From NCBI RefSeq assembly GCF_009914755.1, contig NC_060940.1: 64,000 bases of DNA. One strand, given 5' to 3'. Source of the DNA: the human T2T-CHM13v2.0 reference genome, Homo sapiens. The translations under genes and the position numbers were made by a program. Below the pieces are notes generated by a model. That model did no database searches, was not told the DNA's origin, and worked only from the letters and a program-made list of their open reading frames with translations. Positions 60,082 through 64,000 of this stretch are shown one piece after another (the first letter of the stretch is position 1; every line of letters starts with the position of its first letter).

Positions 60082-60256
60082 AAGCTCGAGCAAGCGTGGG
60101 TGACCTGGGAAGGGCTCGCAGGTTTGGGTTTGGGTGAGGTGAGGTGCCTGTTGTCCTCACTAGCTCCTCGCTGGAGTCCCCAGCATTCGTCCAGACCCAG
60201 TCTCAAATCAAAATCAACGTTCGGGGCGGGTGCGGTGACTCACGCCTGTAATCCTA

Positions 60257-60565
<309 letters not shown>

Positions 60566-60660
60566 TTAAAAGTCTGAATGTGCAATTTATTGTTTCATAC
60601 AATACAGCAGCGCCTCCCGTAACAATGAAGGTAGACTTAAATGTGAGAATCCAGCTGTTT

Positions 60661-60703
60661 TCTTGATCTGTAGTCCAATGCTCTACCTGTGAGCTATACC
60701 CCC
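60661..60703 (-). pseudogene. 3'-truncated tRNA-Cys retropseudogene (anticodon reads ACA)
   Basis: GGGGGTATAGCTCACAGGTAGAGCATTGGACTACAGATCAAGA matches the first 43 nt of recalled human tRNA-Cys(GCA) with ~2 changes; 16-bp TSD at 60648-60663 / 60710-60725. Confidence 0.85.
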
Positions 60704-60725
60704 TCCTGCAATCCAGCTGCTTTCT

Positions 60726-60732
60726 TTCCTTT

Positions 60733-60775
<43 letters not shown>

Positions 60776-61056
60776 AGACAGAGTCTTGCTCAGTCGCCCA
60801 GGCTGGAGTGCAGTGGCGCGATCTCGGCTCACTGCAAGATCCGCCTCCTGGCTTCACGCCATTCTCTTGACTCAGCCTCCGGAGTAGCTGGGACTACAGG
60901 CGCCCGCCACTACGCCCGGCTAATTTTTTTGTATTTTTAGTAGAGACGGGGTTTCACCGTTTTAGCCAGGATGGTCTCGATCTTCTGACCTCGTGATCTG
61001 CCCGTCTCGGCCTCCCAAAGTGCTGGGATTACAGGCGTGAGCCACCGCGCCCGGCC
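60726..61056 (-). mobile_element. Full-length AluY with long A tail
   Basis: AluY diagnostics, many intact CpGs, TSD gctg(c/t)tttct at 60716-60725 / 61057-61066. Confidence 0.9.
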
Positions 61057-61839
61057 GCTGTTTTCTGATAAACCAAACATTAAAACAGATTTGCCAGAAT
61101 TTTTTGTTGTTTTTTTTTTTTTTTTTTGAAAATATTGTTCTTTTTCATTTTAAAATGTATTCATGTGAAGGGCCTTAATGTTTAAATGAAATAATGAATA
61201 TATTTTTTAAATTCTGTATACTACATATAAAAGTTTTTGGGGGCCGGACGCAGTGGCTCATGCCTGTAATCCCAGCACTTTGGGAGGCTGACGTGGACGG
61301 ATGGCTTGAGCCCAGAAGGAGGCTGCAGTAAGCTAGGATCACATTACTGTACTCCAGCCTGGGCGACAGAGCAAGACCTTGTCAAAAAAAAAAAAAAAGT
61401 TTTTTTGGGATTTTCAGTAATTTTTAACAGCAGTGTAAAGGGATTCCAAGATCAAAAAGTTTGAGAACCACTGTACTAACATGGTGGGTGGTGATTAAGT
61501 TTCCTTTTCAGTCCCACACTCTTAAATGTTGATTTAACTGGTTTAGCTTCAGTTTCCCTATAGAAGGGAAAAATGGCTTACCTCATTGGATTGTTGTAAG
61601 GAACTAAGCACAGGGCCTGGGATGTAGAAAAGCTCAACTATAAACTATTAATTCAGTTCTAGAAGCCAGGAAATCAATAAAAATAAAATAAAATAAACTG
61701 TTATTGTTGTTGTTAATATTATCACTATTTGTATGTGCAAGTCATTGTATGAATAGAGGTAAGAAAGTGTGGTCTCTTCCCTCCTGGAGTATTGGCTATA
61801 AGGGGGAAGACAGACTTGTTGACAGATTACGGTGACTAA

Positions 61840-62142
<303 letters not shown>

Positions 62143-62400
62143 TAGCTGGGACCATAGGTGTGAGCCACCATGCCTGATCCCTTTTCATATTCTAGCACTG
62201 CATCACCAAAAAGTCTTGCATCCCAAGAAACCCATAAGTTCCAGGCAAACTGGGACAACTGGTTACTCTACAACAGGAATGTGCTTGGCAGAATGACTTG
62301 TATATTATAATAGATTTGCAAGCAATATGGCAGGAGAGAAAAGCCTAAATAGGCGACCCGAAATGGCATCTTGAAATCTTGAAGAATATGACATCTGAGC

Positions 62401-62444
62401 TTTGTTTTGTTTTGTTTTGTTTTGTTTTGTTTTGTTTTGTTTTG
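62401..62444 (+). repeat. (TTTTG)n Alu-tail microsatellite
   Basis: Direct reading. Confidence 0.9.
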
Positions 62445-62852
62445 AGACGGAGTCTCCTTCTGTCGCCCAGGCTGGAGTGCAGTGGTGGGTGGATCACTGC
62501 AAGATCCGCCTCCCGGGTTCACGCCATTCTCCTGCCTCAGCTCCCAAGTAGCTGGGACTACAGGCGCACGCTGCTACATCCGGCTAATTTTTTGTATTTT
62601 TAGTAGAGATGGGGTTTTACCGTGTTAGCCAGGATGGTCTTGATCTCCTGACCTCGTGATCTGCCCACCTCGGCCTCCCAAAGTGCTGGGATTACAGGCG
62701 TGAGCCACTGCATCCGGCCCGACATCTGAGCTTTTCAGTATAATGTTAAGATATTGATACAGTACACTATGAAAAAAAAAAAAACACTTCACCATTAAGA
62801 GTGTGAGCAAAGGCTGGACGTGTTTGCTCACACCTGTTATTTGACAGAATCA

Positions 62853-63256
<404 letters not shown>

Positions 63257-63353
63257 CGTAGGCCAGGTGCGGTGGCTCACGCCTGTAATCCAGCACTTTG
63301 GGAGGCCAAGGAGGGCGGATCACGAGGTCAGGAGATCAAGACCATCCTGGCTA

Positions 63354-63578
<225 letters not shown>

Positions 63579-64000
63579 TTAAAAAATTAGCCAGGCATGG
63601 TGGCAGGCGCCTGTAATCCCAGCTACTCAGGAGGCTGAGGCCGGGAGAATCGCTTGAACCCGGGAGACGGAGTTTGCAGTGAGCGGAGATAGGGTCACTG
63701 CTCTCCAGCCTGGGCAACAGAGTGAGAATCTGTCTCAAAAAAAAAAAAAGAAAGCCCTGCTTAGGCGTTTGAGTTTTACTTTGGACATACATACAAATAG
63801 AGACATAGCTCTTCTAAAGCTCTCTGTCTTTGTGTACATAGCTTGTTAATTTGCTTCCCACCAAAATGAGTGGGATCTAAGATCATCGTGCCTGAGCATT
63901 TCTGCAACCCTCCCCCACTCCCACCTCTTTAGTTCATATTTATCTAGTTCTCAAAATCTGCCTGTCATGGTTCATAGGCAAAGATAGTACTTTGGCTTTC

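Larger units (their letters stand above)
59300..60110. promoter_or_regulatory. WDR59: CpG-island, TATA-less promoter of WDR59
   Basis: Only CpG-dense non-repeat region in the window. CCAAT (ATTGG 59906-59910), GC box (GGCTCCGCCCC 59925-59935), ETS (CACTTCCG 59995-60002), AP-1 (TGAGTCA ~60013-60019), YY1-like AGATGGCGGC over the ATG. Confidence 0.9.

Noticed and set aside
60661-60703. Functional tRNA-Cys(ACA) gene
   Set aside because: Lacks T-arm/B-box and 3' acceptor strand; cannot form a cloverleaf

Overview
Primate (human-like) genomic DNA covering the 5' part of WDR59 (GATOR2 subunit, yeast Sea3/Mtc5 orthologue) on the minus strand. It holds the CpG-island promoter (~59.3-60.1 kb) and coding exons 1-8. 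These splice with canonical GT-AG sites into 651 nt / 217 codons of the N-terminal WD40 propeller, from MAARWSSENVVVEFRDSQ to SSQDNSVK. The window begins inside intron 8. The rest is very Alu-dense (roughly half by eye), with L1, LTR, MIR and DNA-transposon relics, and almost all ORFs in the supplied track are Alu/L1 read-throughs. I found no convincing new multi-gene system. Best leads: (1) a 216-bp, ~98.6%-identical inverted duplication in intron 8; (2) a TSD-flanked, 3'-truncated tRNA-Cys retrocopy with apparent 5' leader, sharing its target site with an AluY ~0.9 kb upstream of the ATG; (3) a twin-primed L1; (4) a spacer-less inverted Alu hairpin; (5) a speculative 6-nt microexon in intron 1. 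Repeat subfamily names come from recall of consensus sequences, not a database search.
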